The position numbers and the translations under genes are program-made. From the IMG/VR virus record IMGVR_UViG_3300012909_000005, positions 1 to 63,888 of that record: a stretch of 63,888 bases of DNA, one strand, 5' to 3'. Source of the stretch: a virus. Lineage: Duplodnaviria; Caudoviricetes. A model generated the notes under the pieces. It saw nothing but the letters and a program-made list of their open reading frames with translations. It was not told the origin of the DNA and did no database searches. Positions 63,561 to 63,888 of the stretch are shown in pieces (position 1 is the first letter of the stretch; each line of letters starts with the position of its first letter).

Positions 63561-63743
63561 ATGATCCCGATACAGAACATAATCCCCGAAAAGGTAGTCA
63601 AAATGGCCAAGGCAATGCAAGAGGCCGAAAAAGATAATAAACACTTGATTATCATACAGGCAAGGCAAACCGGGAAGACGATGGCCCGGAAACTCGCCAA
63701 TGGCGAACAGGTATTGAATTCCAATCTCTTAGACCCTAATTAA
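63561..63743 (+). CDS. 60-aa protein with isolated P-loop-like motif
   Basis: LIIIQARQTGKT; TAACTTTA promoter-like element at 63536-63543. Confidence 0.5.
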   Translation: MIPIQNIIPEKVVKMAKAMQEAEKDNKHLIIIQARQTGKTMARKLANGEQVLNSNLLDPN

Positions 63744-63888
63744 TCCCCCCCCTTCCCCCATTACAGCCCCAAAACTCAATTAACCCCCCTCAACCAACCG
63801 ATCCTCAACCCATCCCCCAGGCCCAATACCCTCTATAAAGGCCAGAAACAGGGCAAATTAGCTCTATTCCCAAGCCCACAAGGCCTAG

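Noticed and set aside
63477-63668. N-terminal extensions in ORF-track calls (63117..63668, also 56601..57173 and 36886..39324)
   Set aside because: The extensions run through consensus promoters; downstream ATGs are better starts.
1-63888. tRNA genes, integrase/att sites, introns or inteins
   Set aside because: No cloverleaf, recombinase motif or split conserved gene recognised by eye; tRNAscan-SE and HMM searches would be needed to exclude them fully.

Overview
This 63.9-kb window is a Bacteroidota-infecting tailed phage genome segment with a podovirus-like, crAss/phi14:2-style gene order, read in the standard genetic code. The host phylum is inferred from TTTG-N18-20-TAnnTTTG promoters, A-rich starts without Shine-Dalgarno sites, and Bacteroidota-type ECF sigma factors. 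A long minus-strand block (~49 kb to 4.3 kb) runs: glycosyltransferase/methyltransferase cluster, GroES-like gene, HNH, small and large terminase, HNH, portal, scaffold, major capsid, ring/adaptor proteins, GroES, nozzle, ejection proteins (one lytic-transglycosylase-like), fibre/adhesin genes, and a complex lysis cassette ending in a GH108 endolysin. The flanks carry replication, regulatory and accessory genes: four ECF sigma factors in two tandem pairs, RHH regulators, NinG, a DnaA C-terminal domain, MazG-like and Acb2/Tad1-like proteins. No integrase, DNA or RNA polymerase, tRNA, CRISPR array or reverse transcriptase was recognised. The most unusual signal is that the 1772-aa tail-fibre-like protein and its two downstream neighbours carry Sec signal peptides, and these and other envelope proteins are rich in the Bacteroidota O-glycosylation sequon D-[ST]-[AILMTV]. 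This suggests fibres that are exported, glycosylated by the host and possibly joined to virions outside the cytoplasm, perhaps with glycan editing by the phage GT/MTase cluster. All family assignments come from motif recognition by eye, not database searches.
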